Notes under the pieces: model-generated
Told to the model about the DNA's origin: nothing
What the model saw: the letters and a program-made list of their open reading frames with translations, nothing else
Databases searched by the model: none
Position numbers and translations under genes: made by a program
NCBI RefSeq assembly: GCF_006345805.1
Contig: NC_043006.1
Location: 74,772,001 to 74,836,000 of the forward strand
From: Octopus sinensis
Lineage: Eukaryota
DNA length: 64,000 nt
Reading direction: 5' to 3'
Part shown: positions 1-12,904 of the stretch, one piece after another
Layout: every line of letters begins with the position of its first letter
How positions within the stretch are numbered: position 1 is the first letter of the stretch

Positions 1-7
1 TATAATA

Positions 8-534
8 CCGTAAATCCTCGAGTATAGTCCACCCTTAAGTATAATACGCATGGGATTTTTAGGGAGCTGTACTTCTGAAAAACCTAAACCTTGTGTTGTA
101 TAATACGCACCCCTTCTCTAACTTGAGTCGTGCGTAATTAAGCCAGCAGCACCTAGTCAAACAAACACTTCTGTGCATGCGTAATACAATAATGGTGGTG
201 TTCTTAATTGTTATATGGGAATGTAAATATGTTTGCAAATTGTTTTTGTTATATGTTATTCTGTGTTCTGAATACTTTTATTTTAATAAATGTTGCTTAA
301 TGCAAGTTATGGATGATTCTTTTACGATTTCATTGCTTTCTGGTTTAGCTTAAGGTATTTTCGCGCCCGACATCACAAAATGCGTCTGAATAAACATTGC
401 CGGACAGCAAATAGAGACTCAGACATTGCTTTGAAAATATTTTTCACTTTTAACCTTGTATGTAGTACGCACTAGGGATTTTGACCTTTAAATTTGGGGG
501 GGGGGGAATGCTGATTATACTCGAGGATTTACGG
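8..534. mobile_element. MITE with 19-bp TIRs and TA target duplication (Tc1/mariner-type)
   Basis: CCGTAAATCCTCGAGTATA at 8-26, its exact reverse complement at 516-534, TA on both sides. Confidence 0.9.
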
Positions 535-589
535 TAATATCTGTATGTATGTTTATATATGTGATCATTTATCAATGGAAATTGCAGCT

Positions 590-940
590 GTGATACCAGT
601 GCCGGTGACAAGTAAGCAAACCATCCGATCGTGGCCGTTGCCAGCGGCACGTAAAAAGCACCATCCGTTCGTGGCCATTGCCAGCCTCGCCTGGCCTCCG
701 TGCCGGTGGCATGTAAAAAGCACCGTCCGTCCGTGCCGTCTGCCAGCTCCGTCTGGCACATAAAAAGCACCCACTACACTCACGGAGTGGTTGGCGTTAG
801 GAAGGGCATCCAGCCGTAGAAACACTGCCAGATCAGACTGGGCCTGATGCAGCCTTCTGGCTTCACAGACCCCAGTTGAACCGTCCAACCCATGCTAGCA
901 TGGAAAGCGGACGCTAAATGATGATGATGATGATGATGAT
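590..940 (+). mobile_element. SINE-like family A ((GAT)n tail, internal about 57-bp array)
   Basis: Shared GGAAGGGCATCCAGC...CCATGCTAGCATGGAAAGCGGACG-(GAT)n end; more than 25 copies counted by eye. Further copies near 1965-2150, 3976-4165, 5915-6125, 8708-8890, 10212-10540, 13506-13665, 16385-16475, 17148-17410, 42998-43137, 45600-45745, 50342-50575, 56385-56750, 60258-60450. Confidence 0.85.
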
Positions 941-1558
941 AATGTCTCCTTCTCCATGCTTGCCTGGGTCAGATGGAATTTATTGAGGCAGATTTATTTA
1001 CAGCTGGATGCTCATCTTGTCGCTAACCCTCACCTGTTTCCAAACAAAGTAATATTTCTCCATGACTGAACATGTCTTCATGCAGGATTGGAAACAAATA
1101 ACCTTGCTTGTATGATGGTGATGCTCGTTTACAACATCACAGAATCTCAAGACAAGGTACGCACAAACATACAGGTGTGTGTGTATCTGAGTGAGAGAGA
1201 GAGAGAGAGAGTATATTCTACCCATTTTTACATGAAACAGAGCAAAAGAAATTGATGAGGCAATGTTGATATTCCATGTCAACAAGTCTACGCTTTCAAA
1301 GAAAAATGGAATAAAAATATTTGTCATTTAAAAACAGTAAATGTTCATGACAGGAAGGGCATCTGTTTAATATATATATATATATATACCTCAATGATAA
1401 GTAATCATCCAACTCATGCAACCAAGAAAAATCAGATGTAAAAGGAACTAATGAATGAACAACAGAACTAAAACATGGAGTAAGGAGGAGATGCAAGTAT
1501 GAATGAGTTGAAGAAAATATAGTCTAGAAGGCAGATCAAGAAAAGCTGAAATACATAC

Positions 1559-1696
1559 GCTGTTCATCAGGAGATCTCTTTCTGGGCCGTGCCTTTGCAT
1601 CCCATCGATTCAAATGGTCATGGTGTCGACTTTCTCGACTTGGACTTCGACTTCGGAAGTGCCGTTTCAACCGACGCCGCTCTGCCCGTTCCATTT
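1559..1696 (-). CDS. CDK11: CDK11 coding exon 5, MERAERRRLKRHFRSRSPSR...SPDEQ; gene continues off the left edge
   Basis: Acceptor cttcttgtag|, donor C|gtatgt; 138 nt, symmetric phase 1-1; RS/RSP motif. No further exon seen in 1-1558. Confidence 0.88.
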
Positions 1697-1843
1697 CTAC
1701 AAGAAGATAAAATGTCAAGTAAAAATGTTCTCAAAAAATAGTCTTCAATGAAATACACACGGAAGGAAGGAAAACCCCTTCTCAATAATAATAGCATCAA
1801 AAAATACCTCAGGAATGAGAACCCAGGTTCGAAATTTCCCCAA

Positions 1844-1889
1844 GACACCTGATGAAGGCTGGAGGGTGTATCAGCCAAAACGTTGTGTT
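1844..1889 (+). ncRNA. Decayed hammerhead motif in a Penelope-like fragment (approx. 1810-1925)
   Basis: GACAC CTGATGA A GGCTG (10-nt loop) CAGCC AAAAC GTT GTGTT: all three stems present; G12 replaced by A. Confidence 0.55.
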
Positions 1890-2199
1890 AACAACAAACA
1901 AGATGAGGACAAATATCCGGCAAATGTAAATAATATAAATAATATAAATAATTACATGCGGGTGGCACGTAAAAAGCACCCACTACACTCACGGAGTGGT
2001 TGGCGTTAGGAAGGGCATCCAGCCGTAGAAACACTGCCAGATCTGACTGGGCCTGATGAAGCCTTCCAGCTTCACAGACCCCAGTTGAACCGTCCAACCC
2101 ATGCTAGCATGGAGAACGGACGCTAAATGATGATGATGATGATGATGATGAATTCCTCATCTCTTAAATATAGAACTGTAAAAGCAGGCTGATTCTCAC

Positions 2200-2330
2200 C
2201 TTCATTACGCAATGCTTGGTTCCTTCTTTCCTCTTTCTTTCGAGCCTGCCTTTCACGTTCCTTCTGCTGCTCTCGTATCTCTCGCTGTTCCCTCACTCTC
2301 CGTTCAAACTCCAGTCTCTCCAAACGGTCT
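2200..2330 (-). CDS. CDK11: CDK11 coding exon 4, DRLERLEFERR...ALRNE
   Basis: Acceptor tatttttgcag|, donor G|gtgaga; 1+129+1 nt. Joined to exon 3 it gives SRRERDRLERLE...REQQKERERQA, like human SRRERDRLEQLE...REQKERERRA. Confidence 0.92.
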
Positions 2331-4928
2331 CTGCAAAAATAGCAAAAACAAAATAAGGACAATTAAGGGAAACAAACCCTGACATATTAAACCTTAACAA
2401 AGCAATCTTAGTAATGACGATGCAAAAGGGAAACCATAAGGGACTACAGCTCTGACTGTACTATTAACACTTGGAGAATACAAAACCAATCAAACTTGCT
2501 TGAGATGTCTCCATTTCTCTAAATTCCTGTAAAAGAATCAATAATTTTAGTTCTGGTGTGATGATATCAAACAGACAATCACCCAAAAGAGCATGTTATC
2601 AGGCTGCAACTATATATCGACAGCAAAGCCGTTGTTCACAAACAGGGGATGAGTATGTGTAATCATGGGGTCAGATGGGGTAGAGTTTTCTACAGCCAGA
2701 TGTCCTTCTTGCAACCAACAACCAACCTCCATTTGTTTCCAGGTGAAGTAACAACCTGCCCGTCTATCAAACAAACTGCCCATGCATGTTTACATGGAAA
2801 AATGGAAGCCAAAAAAAAAGAAAATATCAGAGAAATAAGCCCTTTCTTTACAAAGATCATGCTACATGTCAAGTCTTGTCAAGAAGCCTGAACAAGCTTT
2901 TGTGGTAGAATGCAAACAAATGGTATCAACAGTGAAGCCATTGTCCACAAACAGGAGAGGAACATGTGTCAGCAAGGAAATAGGAAGATAGTCACGCAAA
3001 CACATGAACCTATATTTACAAATACGATGGGCTTCTTTCAGTTTTTGTCTATCAAATCTACTCACAAGGCATTGGTCAGCACAGCGCTATAGTAGTAGAC
3101 CCTTGCCCAAGGTGCTAAACAGTGAAACTGAACTCCAAAACACCATGTGCTTGGGAAGTGAACTTCTTGACCACAGAGCCATATCTATCAATCTCTATAT
3201 ATACACACATGCAAACATGTATATATACACACATGCAAACATATATACATACACACACACACAAACATATACATGTATACATTCACACACACACACATCA
3301 ACCTACCTGCCTTCTTACCTACATATTACTCATTCAATCATAGGTAACATTAACAGAAGACCTGACACCTACTCTTGGCAATTAGGTGAATGACTTGAGA
3401 AGAAAATGTCCTCTTCACAGTCAGAACAAAACACATGCAGTGGATATCATTTTGTCCAACCTATGCTCTCTGTCCAACCTATGCTAGCATGGAAAACGGT
3501 CGTTAAACGATGATGATGAAGTGTCACAGAACCCATGATGTTTGCAAATTCTCTTATATATATGAGAGTGATATACTTGATGTACAAGTAGAGAGAATTC
3601 CAAAGAGTTGGTGTTGTTTAGGTCTAGGTCAGACCCGTCTAAGCAGACTTATGACTGTAGATGTTCCAGATTTGAACATTTAATCTCAAATTTTAGAAAT
3701 AATATATTTAAGATTATGTCAGCATCATTGTTTTTTAAAATTTGATTTGAAGGACAGTTGACTGCTTTTTCAAGCAAGTTGGCTGTTCATAGTTGAATCA
3801 TGTAAAGGGTTGTAGTTTTCTGAAAGTCTTGCACAAGACATTAAACTGTATTCAGCGATGAGGCTCCAGCTTGTTGAGAGTTTGGGTGTTTTGGAAAGTG
3901 AGGAATTATCTCTTAATTACCACTACACCTATTCCACTCTGCTTCGGAATGGTAGTACCTTTCAAGGGTCCCCAACCATCATCATCATCATCATTTAGCA
4001 TCTGTTGTCCACACTGGCATGGGTTGGACAGTTTGACCAGGGCTGGCAAGCTGAGGGGCTGCATCAGACCCCAGTCCAGTTTGACATGGTTTCTACAGCT
4101 GGATGCCCTTCCATTCCAAGAGTGTAATGGGTGCTTTTATGTGCCACCAGCAGGGGTGCCAGTAATGTGACACCCCAATATGGGTTAAATATCAGGCGAT
4201 GGTCCTGTGGCTATGGTAAACAGAATGTGGAAGATGGCCGAACCCTTAAATATGTGCCACACAGACCCACTCATGTGTGGAGATGCACTGATGTCATGTG
4301 AATCAACCCCACTACTTAAGGATTAAAAAGATTCTGTGCTTCATGGGTAAGCTCAAGAGAGATGATCAAGCAGAAATGGGAAACTGCTGTCATATCTTCC
4401 CTTCACAGGATTCATCAATCTCCAGGCTTTTGCATGGAGGTACATGATTGCCAATGCCTGTAAAAAGGTATGGCACATAAGTTGGGGAGAAAGGGAGAGA
4501 GAGAGAGAGTGTTTCTTGGAAAGAAAGGATTGTAGCAGAATCAGCAAGGAGACAGAATAAGGGTAACAAATAGGGTTGGGGTGGAGAGAGAAAGGAAACA
4601 GTACATGTGTGTGTGTGTGCATGCCAGTTGTATCAATGAATATATCTTCACCATTCAGTAATATGGCCAGCCTCTGGATTTAGACAAGGACGTTTGTGTG
4701 TATGGCAGTAACAGTGTCACATATATGGAGAACAATACTTCCAGTATTGCTTGGGCTCCACAGAGGTCCAGCAAATGAAGTATTTTCTAATTCTAAAGGG
4801 AAATCCAACATTCTGTGATGCAGTTATAACAACGATATATATGTTAAGCGAACAAGCAAGATCATCAGAAATTGTGCAAATCATGTGTTGTACTAAGTCT
4901 GAGGGTTTCAACTGTATCTTGTTCAAAT

Positions 4929-5345
4929 AGGTGCAGAGGTGGCTGTGAGGTAAGTAGAATGCTTAATAACCACATGGTTCCAGGTTCATTCCCACTGCAT
5001 GGCACCTTGGGCAAGTGTCTTCTACTATAGCCTCGGTCCGACCAAAGCCATGTGAGTGGATTTGGTTGACGGAAACTGAAAGAAGCCAGTCATATATATA
5101 TATATATATGTATGTATGTATGTGTGTGTATGTGTTTGTCCCCCCACCTTTGCCTGACAACCAATGGTGGTGTGTTATGTCCCCGTAACTTAGCTGCTCA
5201 GCAAAAGAGACCAATAGAATAAGTACTAGGCTTACAAAGAATAAGTCCTAGGGTCGATTTGCTCAACTAAAGGCGGTGCTCCAACATGGCCACAGTCATC
5301 ATCATCATCATCATCGTCAAATGACTGAAACAAGTAAAAGACTAA
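4929..5345 (+). mobile_element. tRNA-derived CORE-like SINE family B, full length
   Basis: Head GGCGCAGGAGTGGCTGTGTGGTAAG...GGTTC, CORE-like ACCTTGGGCAAGT, central (TA)n/(TG)n, tail GACTGAAACAAGTAAAAGA. Further copies near 3020-3140, 16480-16940, 26335-26715, 32160-32300, 33270-33380, 43375-43715, 46815-46950, 49030-49170, 59610-59735. Confidence 0.85.
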
Positions 5346-7574
5346 AGAAAGGCAGAAAGAAGTATTTCCTTTATATTCTTCCTTTCAGATTCATTTTCCA
5401 TGCATATTTATTTACAGCAGCAGCCAGTTGCCCTTCCTGTCACCAACCCTTCCATTTTTGTTTCAAATAAAGGAACAATTTTTGGAAGATTGCAAAAGCA
5501 CAAAGTTTATGGTACATATTCTTAACAAGAATTGTAAAGATCACATCAAAGTTTCACTCAGGCAGTGACATGCAAAGCTGTGAAGTCAACATTTGCCCAG
5601 ATAAACACAGATACACCCACACGCACATGATTATACATCAGGCTTCCATACAGTTTCTGTCAACCGATTCCAGGTATGGCAAGTAAATTTGTGAAGCACT
5701 CCATATGTTGTAATTCTTCTCTATACAACTTACTGTACCTAAAGGGTATGCTCTGATACCTCATCTTCACTTCCCTTTTCCTTTCCCTGCTGAGGGAGCC
5801 ATGTATGTCCTCTACAATGAGACACCTGTTCCTGTCCCTCTTTCACACATTAGCTTCTCAGCATCTGGCACAAAGCCACCCCCACTCAATACTGCAAGCA
5901 CTTTTTTGTGAATGGGTTTTGTCCTACACGTTACTTGGTGACCTCACTAGTGCTGGTACCACCCACTCCACTCTGTAAAGTGGTTGGCAGTAGGAAGGGT
6001 ATCTTTCCATAGAAGCCATGACATGGCAAACACTGGAGACCAACACAGCCCTAAGGGTAGTCAGATCCTATCACACCATCCAACCCTTGCCAACGTGAAA
6101 CATGGACATCAAACGATGATGATAATGGTTGGTTTAAGGTTATTGTAGAGACAATTGCCTAGTGTGTCAAGTCATGAGATACAACAACTCAAAGCTACAT
6201 GTTTATGGAGGGTAGCTCTTATTCATGCAACTTGGTATGTTTAGTGATAATATCTTCAAGTTACTGAAAGAAACGAGAGCATCGTGTCCCCAATTAACAT
6301 CTCAACTTATAGAAGCATTGTACATTTAGAAGGACATGTCCATCTATCTTATAAATGATGTTTGAGCGTAGTAAGTTAAGGAGGAGTAAAGGATGTTATG
6401 TTGGATTTAACCCCTTAAATCAATGCTACTCAAAGTGGTGGTCAGTGAGCCATCAGCTGCAGGTATGCAAGGAGTTTCCAGGAAAGAAAGAAACATTATG
6501 AAAATGCTTATGTAATATTGAATTATTTGTTTACAAAAGAAATATAAGATTTTTAAAAAATTCTCAACTTTTGTTATATTCATTATATATATTATTTCCA
6601 GTATAAATTAATATAACTAAGAAATATTACTGGTCCCTGGCACATTGGGGAAAAAAAATGCCGGTACGCCACACCAGATAGTTTGAGAAGCACTGCCTTA
6701 AATGACAAGGATGTAATTGAAACCTGCCCCTGGCTAATCTTTACTGAAATAGCAGTAACATTATTCAAAGGGCCAACAGGATTTGCCTACACACCTATGA
6801 TATTCCAAGGCAATGATCATGCAAAAGGCTCCTAACCAATAGATTCTATAATAAAAACCAAAAGAAGTACACCAACTGAAATCAAAGGGTTTGCCTAGAC
6901 TAGTTTTTTTAAATCTTACAGTGAGGAAGGAAGGCAGTAACCTTTTATAGAACCTCTGAGATTGATGGGAGGGAGAGATGGAGGAAGGGCCACAGACGAT
7001 TTAGCTAAGAAATTCTTATGTCAAGCATTGTTGAAGAATTTAACAACACAGCTTACATTGAGAAATGGCTCCAATAAGAGGGGGGGGAAATTTTAATCTT
7101 TATTCCCCGCATTAGGATAAAGACTCAAACAAGTGAGATTGTGTGATGTTCATGACTTTCTGAAGGGTATCAGTAGTTTTTCAGTAATCCAGTATCAAGG
7201 CTGGACTAGTGTCTTGCTTCTAACCAACATACAAACAGTGTTATACATTTGGCAACCAATGTATGAAGCATGACCATAGGGTAAAATACCATGGAATCCA
7301 AATAGATGGAACCCGTGGAAGAAGATTTGAAGGCTGATCTCAGGATACTGAACTCCAGCAAGATGTTGTGGAACAAGCCTCAAGCAACATAGTGATGCAT
7401 GAAAAATTGGATGCAAAATAATAACTATTAGGATATAACCTGTCTCTCCAGACACACCTGACTCTCAATGTCTCAGTCTACTAAAAAGTGAATATATTGC
7501 TTTACATATAGAGATGGCATCCTATGTTATAACCAGCAGCAATGCTGTAAGATTTATGTCAATATTTATACTGG

Positions 7575-7805
7575 GTTCTGGTAGAATCGTTAGCACACCA
7601 AGCGAAATGCTTAGTGGTATTTTGGCTGCCGTTACATTTTGAGTTCAGATTCAGCCGAAGTCGAATTTTTGTATTTCATCCTTTCGGGGTCGATTAAATA
7701 AGTATCGGTTACACACTGGGATCGATGTAATTGACTTAATCCCCTTGTCTGTCCTTGTTTTTCTCCCCTCTATGTTTAGCCCCCTGTGAGCAATAAAGAA
7801 ATAAA
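7575..7805 (+). mobile_element. SINE family C (Meta-domain-like), tail type 1
   Basis: Head GGCAGAATCGTTAGCAC...GAGTTCAAATTC, central TTTCATCCTTTCGGGGTCGATAAATAAGTACCAG, tail TTTAGCCCCTTGTGGGCAATAAAGAAAT. Also at 22805-23032 and 44305-44700. The Meta-domain label is from memory. Confidence 0.8.
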
Positions 7806-7944
7806 TATTTATACTGGGTTTGTAAAGTGCAGCTGGGCCCAAATATCCCATCTGCTTCAATTAAAACTTGAAAGAAATCCAGTTCAATGAAGTGGACTTT
7901 CTGTAGATAAATACATGCAAACAAGTTCTTCAATAGTGTCTTAA

Positions 7945-8163
7945 CCCTTTTGGTACCACATTTCTATTGACATATACCGTTTTAGTTTCAATCCATTTAA
8001 AAATATTGAAGAATTTAGTAAAATAATTTTCGTATTATTAAGCTGCTGTCTGGAACAAATTAACATAAAATTTCGAGGGAAGGTTTTAATTTAGATCACA
8101 CTAAAATAGTAAGCTTAGGTCATAGAACCAGGGGTATCCTTGGGTGGGTTTGTATCAAAAGGG
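7945..8163. mobile_element. piggyBac-type MITE
   Basis: TTAA|CCCTTTTGGTAC ... GTATCAAAAGGG|TTAA: 12-bp TIR with one mismatch and a TTAA target duplication. Confidence 0.85.
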
Positions 8164-9499
8164 TTAATTATTAAGATGATTACAGGACAGTCCCTTTTCT
8201 TGTCTGAAAATAGAAAGCTATGTAATGAAATCGTTGACATTAAAATTAGGATATCTCTCTACCATGCCCACTACCTAATGCAGGGAACATACTATGAACA
8301 AACAGAGAAGTTCTACAGTGATTTTTCAACCCTTCTTCATCCTGCAGCATAGTACAACATGGTGGTAAATGGGTTCTGACATCGGCATTGCACTTTGCTG
8401 CAATGGAATAAACATGTAATTGTGTGGCGCATTTTATCTGACAGTCTAACAATTCTGCCAGTCACCCACCCACTTTAATAATCCTTTCTATTATAGGCAC
8501 AAGGCCTGAAATTTTGAGGGGAAGGGGAAGTCGATTACATTGACCCCAGTATGCAACTGGTACTTAATTTATCAACTCCAAAAGGATGACAGAAAAGTCA
8601 ACCTCAGGAGAATTTGAACTCAGAACATAAGGACAGACAAAATACCACTAAGCACTTTGCCTGGCATGCTAACAGTTTTGCCAGCTCGCTGTCTAATCCT
8701 CTTTAATCATCATCATTATCTTTTAACGTCAGTTTTCCATGCTGGCATGGGTTGGATGGTTTGACTGGAGTTGACAAACTGGAGGGCTACACCAGGTTCC
8801 AGTCTGATTTGGCTTGGTTTCAACAACTGGATGCCTTTCCTAATGCCAACCACTTTACAATGTGTGCTGGGTGCTTTTAACATGCCAGCACAACCACCAT
8901 GTGGTTGGCAAGCAAACTTCTTACCACAGTCATGCCTGCACCTATTAAGAACAGTAATAATTCAGACAACTCTACCTTTCTGTCTGATGTTACCACTGGA
9001 GTTTCTTTGCATTTAATAATAATCACTAATCTCTGCTAGCACCTCTTAACCTCATAATGAAAGTCCATAGTCTAGAAAGGTTGTTGTCATTGTCATCATC
9101 ATTATTTTGAAGTGCCACATTTCCATGCTTGTTTGTGTAGGCCCAATGAATGCTGTTGGAGCAGGTTTTTCTACAGCTGGATGCTCTTCCTGTCAACAAC
9201 CTTCATCTATTTCCAAATAAATGAGACTGTCTTTGTATGTCAGTTACTTTTGCTTACAATAAGAGCATACACAACAGCCACACACACACATTACATTAAT
9301 ATAAAAATATTAATGTGATGGTACAAAGGAAAACAAAACTTCTTAATGACTTGATAATGGAGGTTTCCCTGCTCTCCAAAACTGCCATCAGCTTTCTTCA
9401 TTTCCAAACATTTCATTCCACTTTTTCATTTGTTGTGCTGTCGGCACTTCTAATGATGGAGAAGACTAACCCAAGCATAAAACACACATTTGCACAAAT

Positions 9500-9905
9500 T
9501 TCAGCTAATAGATAGAGTGACAGAATTTTCATCTTCATTATTTGACCTCTTCATTTCTGCAATGCTCTTTTCCAAATGAACCGGCAACAGTCAAGATTGT
9601 CTGAAGGTAGAGTTTGCTAATCCACTGCTGGTTCTACTCAGGCTGAAGGTTGATGTTGCTCTTTCTCATAATCTGTTTGATTTGATCACTGCAACATTAC
9701 AGAGGGCAGTATTTTGCCAGTGCTGAGTTCACTACAAAAGATGCAGCTGGGAAAAGCTGGATCATTTTCTTTCTCATATGGCACACATCGTCTGTCCATC
9801 TGAGACAATGTCTGGTGGCTTCAAAATGCTGTTGACCTGAGATTTCTCAAGGACAGTAGGATTGGAGATGCAGTCTTCCCATTTGATATCCATGATAGAT
9901 TAAGG
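9500..9905 (-). mobile_element. Degraded RTE LINE C-terminal fragment
   Basis: Frameshifted IMDIKWEDCISNPTVLEKSQVNSI / RHCLRWTDDVCHM / IFCSELSTGK, like RTE I.W.DRI.N..VL...LRW.GHV.RM...LFY.EL..G. Confidence 0.65.
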
Positions 9906-11353
9906 TAACAAATCAATAAATATTGCTCAATGCAACTATAACCATCAGACAAACTTTCTCTCAACAACAAAGGGGGCTTTTTCAACACACTATTTTCTCA
10001 CCAACACACATCACACAAATCTATCCTAATTTGACAACTCTACTGAATGAATCATTGCCTACAGAGACCACCACTTTAGTTACCTCAGACCCTGGACTTA
10101 ATAAAGCCATTTTAGTTATTATCCTAGTCAACACATTCTATAACAGGTATTTTGGAAACAGTGTCACTAGGTATAGATTTCCAATAACCCAATCACTGCA
10201 TTTTCATTTCTAAGTGCTGGTGCCACATAAAAATTACCCATTGGTTCCACATACACATGCTAGTGCCATGTAAAAATTACCCAATGTTGGTACCACATAA
10301 GCACCTGTGCTGGTGCCACTTAAAAAGCACCTGTGCTGGACTATGTAAAGAGCACCCATGCTGGTGTCATGTAAAAAGCACCCAGTACATTCTGTGGAAT
10401 GTTTGGTATTAGGAAGGGCATCCAGCTAAAGAAACCAAGCTAAATCAAACTGGAACCTGGTGCAGCTCTCCTGGTACCAGTTTGATCTGGTCAAATCAGC
10501 CAACCTATACCAGCATGAAAAATGGACATTAAATGATGACGATAAAAATGACAAGAGAATGTCTGTGTAACTTGAGCAGAACAAAAGTCACAATGTTGCT
10601 CTCACTTGAATACACCAACTTTCTCACACATGCATACTGACACAAGATATACACACATATACATGGCGAGCTACTGCAAAACTTCAGTCCATCAAATTTC
10701 AACCACAAACCATTGGTCAACCCAAAGCTGTTGTAGAAAAACTTGCCCAAAGTACCTCACAATGGAATCAAACCAATTACCATGTGATTGCAAAGCAGAC
10801 TTATCCACATTTGCACACATGCTAGTTGGTCCATTCTAATTCTGCTTTTCCATGCTGGCATGAACTGGATGAAGATCTCATTGGGGACAGTATTTTACAG
10901 TCAGATGCTCATCCTGAGGCCAACCTCAACAAGTTTGGCAAGTATGGCTTTTATTGTTTTACCAGTCACCATAAGTCAAAAAACGCAAAACAACATAATG
11001 TATTGTTTGTAAGGGATGTAAACATGACATTACCATTTTACTCACACATAAAATGTAAACATTTACCCAGACTCACATACACAGATGTATATAGACACAA
11101 GCATTGGATTGAACTCGACTGGATTGCCCATGTTCAATCCACTGCAGTACAAAGACCTCCACATGCTCTCTCAACAACGGTCCAATGTGGAGGCAGTGAA
11201 TATGAGCTTGAGATCATATTGGTCTAAAGAGCGCCTATTCTGCCACATGAGTTTGACATAGCCAGCCAGAGGGGTGCGGATTTATTATATTCATACCCAG
11301 GAGTAGTTAAGTCAATTACAAACATATATGTCACATGCGCACACACATGCTTG

Positions 11354-11384
<31 letters not shown>

Positions 11385-11387
<3 letters not shown>

Positions 11388-11771
11388 TTTTATCCGTTTC
11401 AGTCATTTGACTGCGGTCATGCTGGTGCACCACCTTTAGTCGAACACTCATTCTTTGTAAGCCCAGTACTTATTCTATCAGTTCCTTTTGCCAAAACTCT
11501 AAGTTACAGGGACATGAACACACTAACATCGGTTGTCAAGTGATAGTGGGGGGGACAAACACACACAGATATATACATACATACATATATATATATGTAT
11601 ATATATACAACAGGCTTCTTTCAGTTTCCGTCTACCAAATCCACTCACAAGGCTTTGGTTGGCCCGAGACTATAGTAGAAGACATTTGCCCAAGGTGCCA
11701 CACTGTGGGACTGATCCTAGAACCATGTGGTTGGTAAGCAAGCTACTTACCACACAGACACTCCTGCGCCT
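11385..11771 (-). mobile_element. SINE family B, full length
   Basis: Reverse complement of the 4929-5345 family. Confidence 0.85.
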
Positions 11772-12025
11772 ATATATATATATATAATGTTGCTATTATG
11801 TTAAACTGTTGTATGTCCAAATTTGGCCAAATGCATTTTTGCAATATTTACTTTTGCTTGCAATGACTGGTTCTTTTGGTTAACCTATCGCATCCCCAGC
11901 TGCCAAGATATCAAAAATTGTCAAAGTGTAGTACAATAGGTTTGTTATGGAATGGTGAAACTATTTTTTTCGTCTTCAGAAAAAGCAGTCTGGGACTTAC
12001 AACACTTTTGCATAATAGTAATGTC

Positions 12026-12073
<48 letters not shown>

Positions 12074-12311
12074 AATTGAGATAGGGGTTGTAAATGCAAC
12101 CCTCCATGGGATAACATATATCCAATATACTGCTAGTGAAGTTCCCAACAAAATTAATACATAAATGTTAAGGATTGCGATGCAATCAATTCATTTACTG
12201 TATTATATGGGCAAAGGTAAAATGATTTACCACAAATTACTAAAGTATGTGATTGAGTATTATCTGGTAATTGATATTTGATTTAGATGTATTTCTCCAT
12301 TTCTTATCTTG

Positions 12312-12346
<35 letters not shown>

Positions 12347-12542
12347 TAGCTCAAAGTATCACGTAGGAAGATAGGAACTCAAATCATATAGTTTCAAAGT
12401 GAATACTGAGTAGTGTCTTATACAGCTTGCCAAACGTGAAATACATAGTTTAGCTAATGTTAAAAGATTTGGCTGATTAAAATACTATCAATATATGCGT
12501 GCAAGCAGATAAGGATATATTATATATATACATATATATATA

Positions 12543-12904
12543 CTAGCACTATGACCCAGCAATGCCGGGTCATAGTGCTAGTGCATGCATACACAGCTGT
12601 GTGCGTGCACACATACACGCGAGTACTGTCCAAATCTCCGACTAATCACATACAGCTAGCCGGCATTCAATTGGCGTATCAAGTTTCGGGCATTTTGATT
12701 GGGTTTTGGATAGAAATTTCACAAAAAAGTCACTTCTATAAACTTTTTAATGACTTTGCGGGGTGACTGGGGAAATGTAAAGATGTGCACAACCACCCTT
12801 GGACAGTTTTGAATGACCATAGAAAGTGCGAGCCCTCTAACTGAAAAATTATGGATTTGTATAAAGGACACACACAGACATTTTGCCGTTTATATACATA
12901 GAGA
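12543..12904 (-). mobile_element. Non-autonomous Helitron, second family (362 bp)
   Basis: On minus: A|TCTCTATGTATATAAACGG 5' end, terminal hairpin and CTAG|T 3' end. Confidence 0.8.

Noticed and set aside
590-780. CRISPR-like repeat-spacer pattern (also 29450-29740, 55830-56130, 57160-57640)
   Set aside because: The spacers are homologous to each other, the array is internal to a dispersed eukaryotic repeat, and there are no cas genes.
565-888. Recurrent ORF MDGSTGVCEA... (also 1888-2097, 36819-37121)
   Set aside because: Antisense reading of family A repeats; variable stops and no recognisable domain.
1560-1572. CTGATGA on minus in exon 5 (also at 2053 on plus)
   Set aside because: No stem II or GAAA follows; coding sequence or a SINE point variant.
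7100-7460. Possible degraded LINE RT fragment
   Set aside because: Motif similarity too weak to call by eye.
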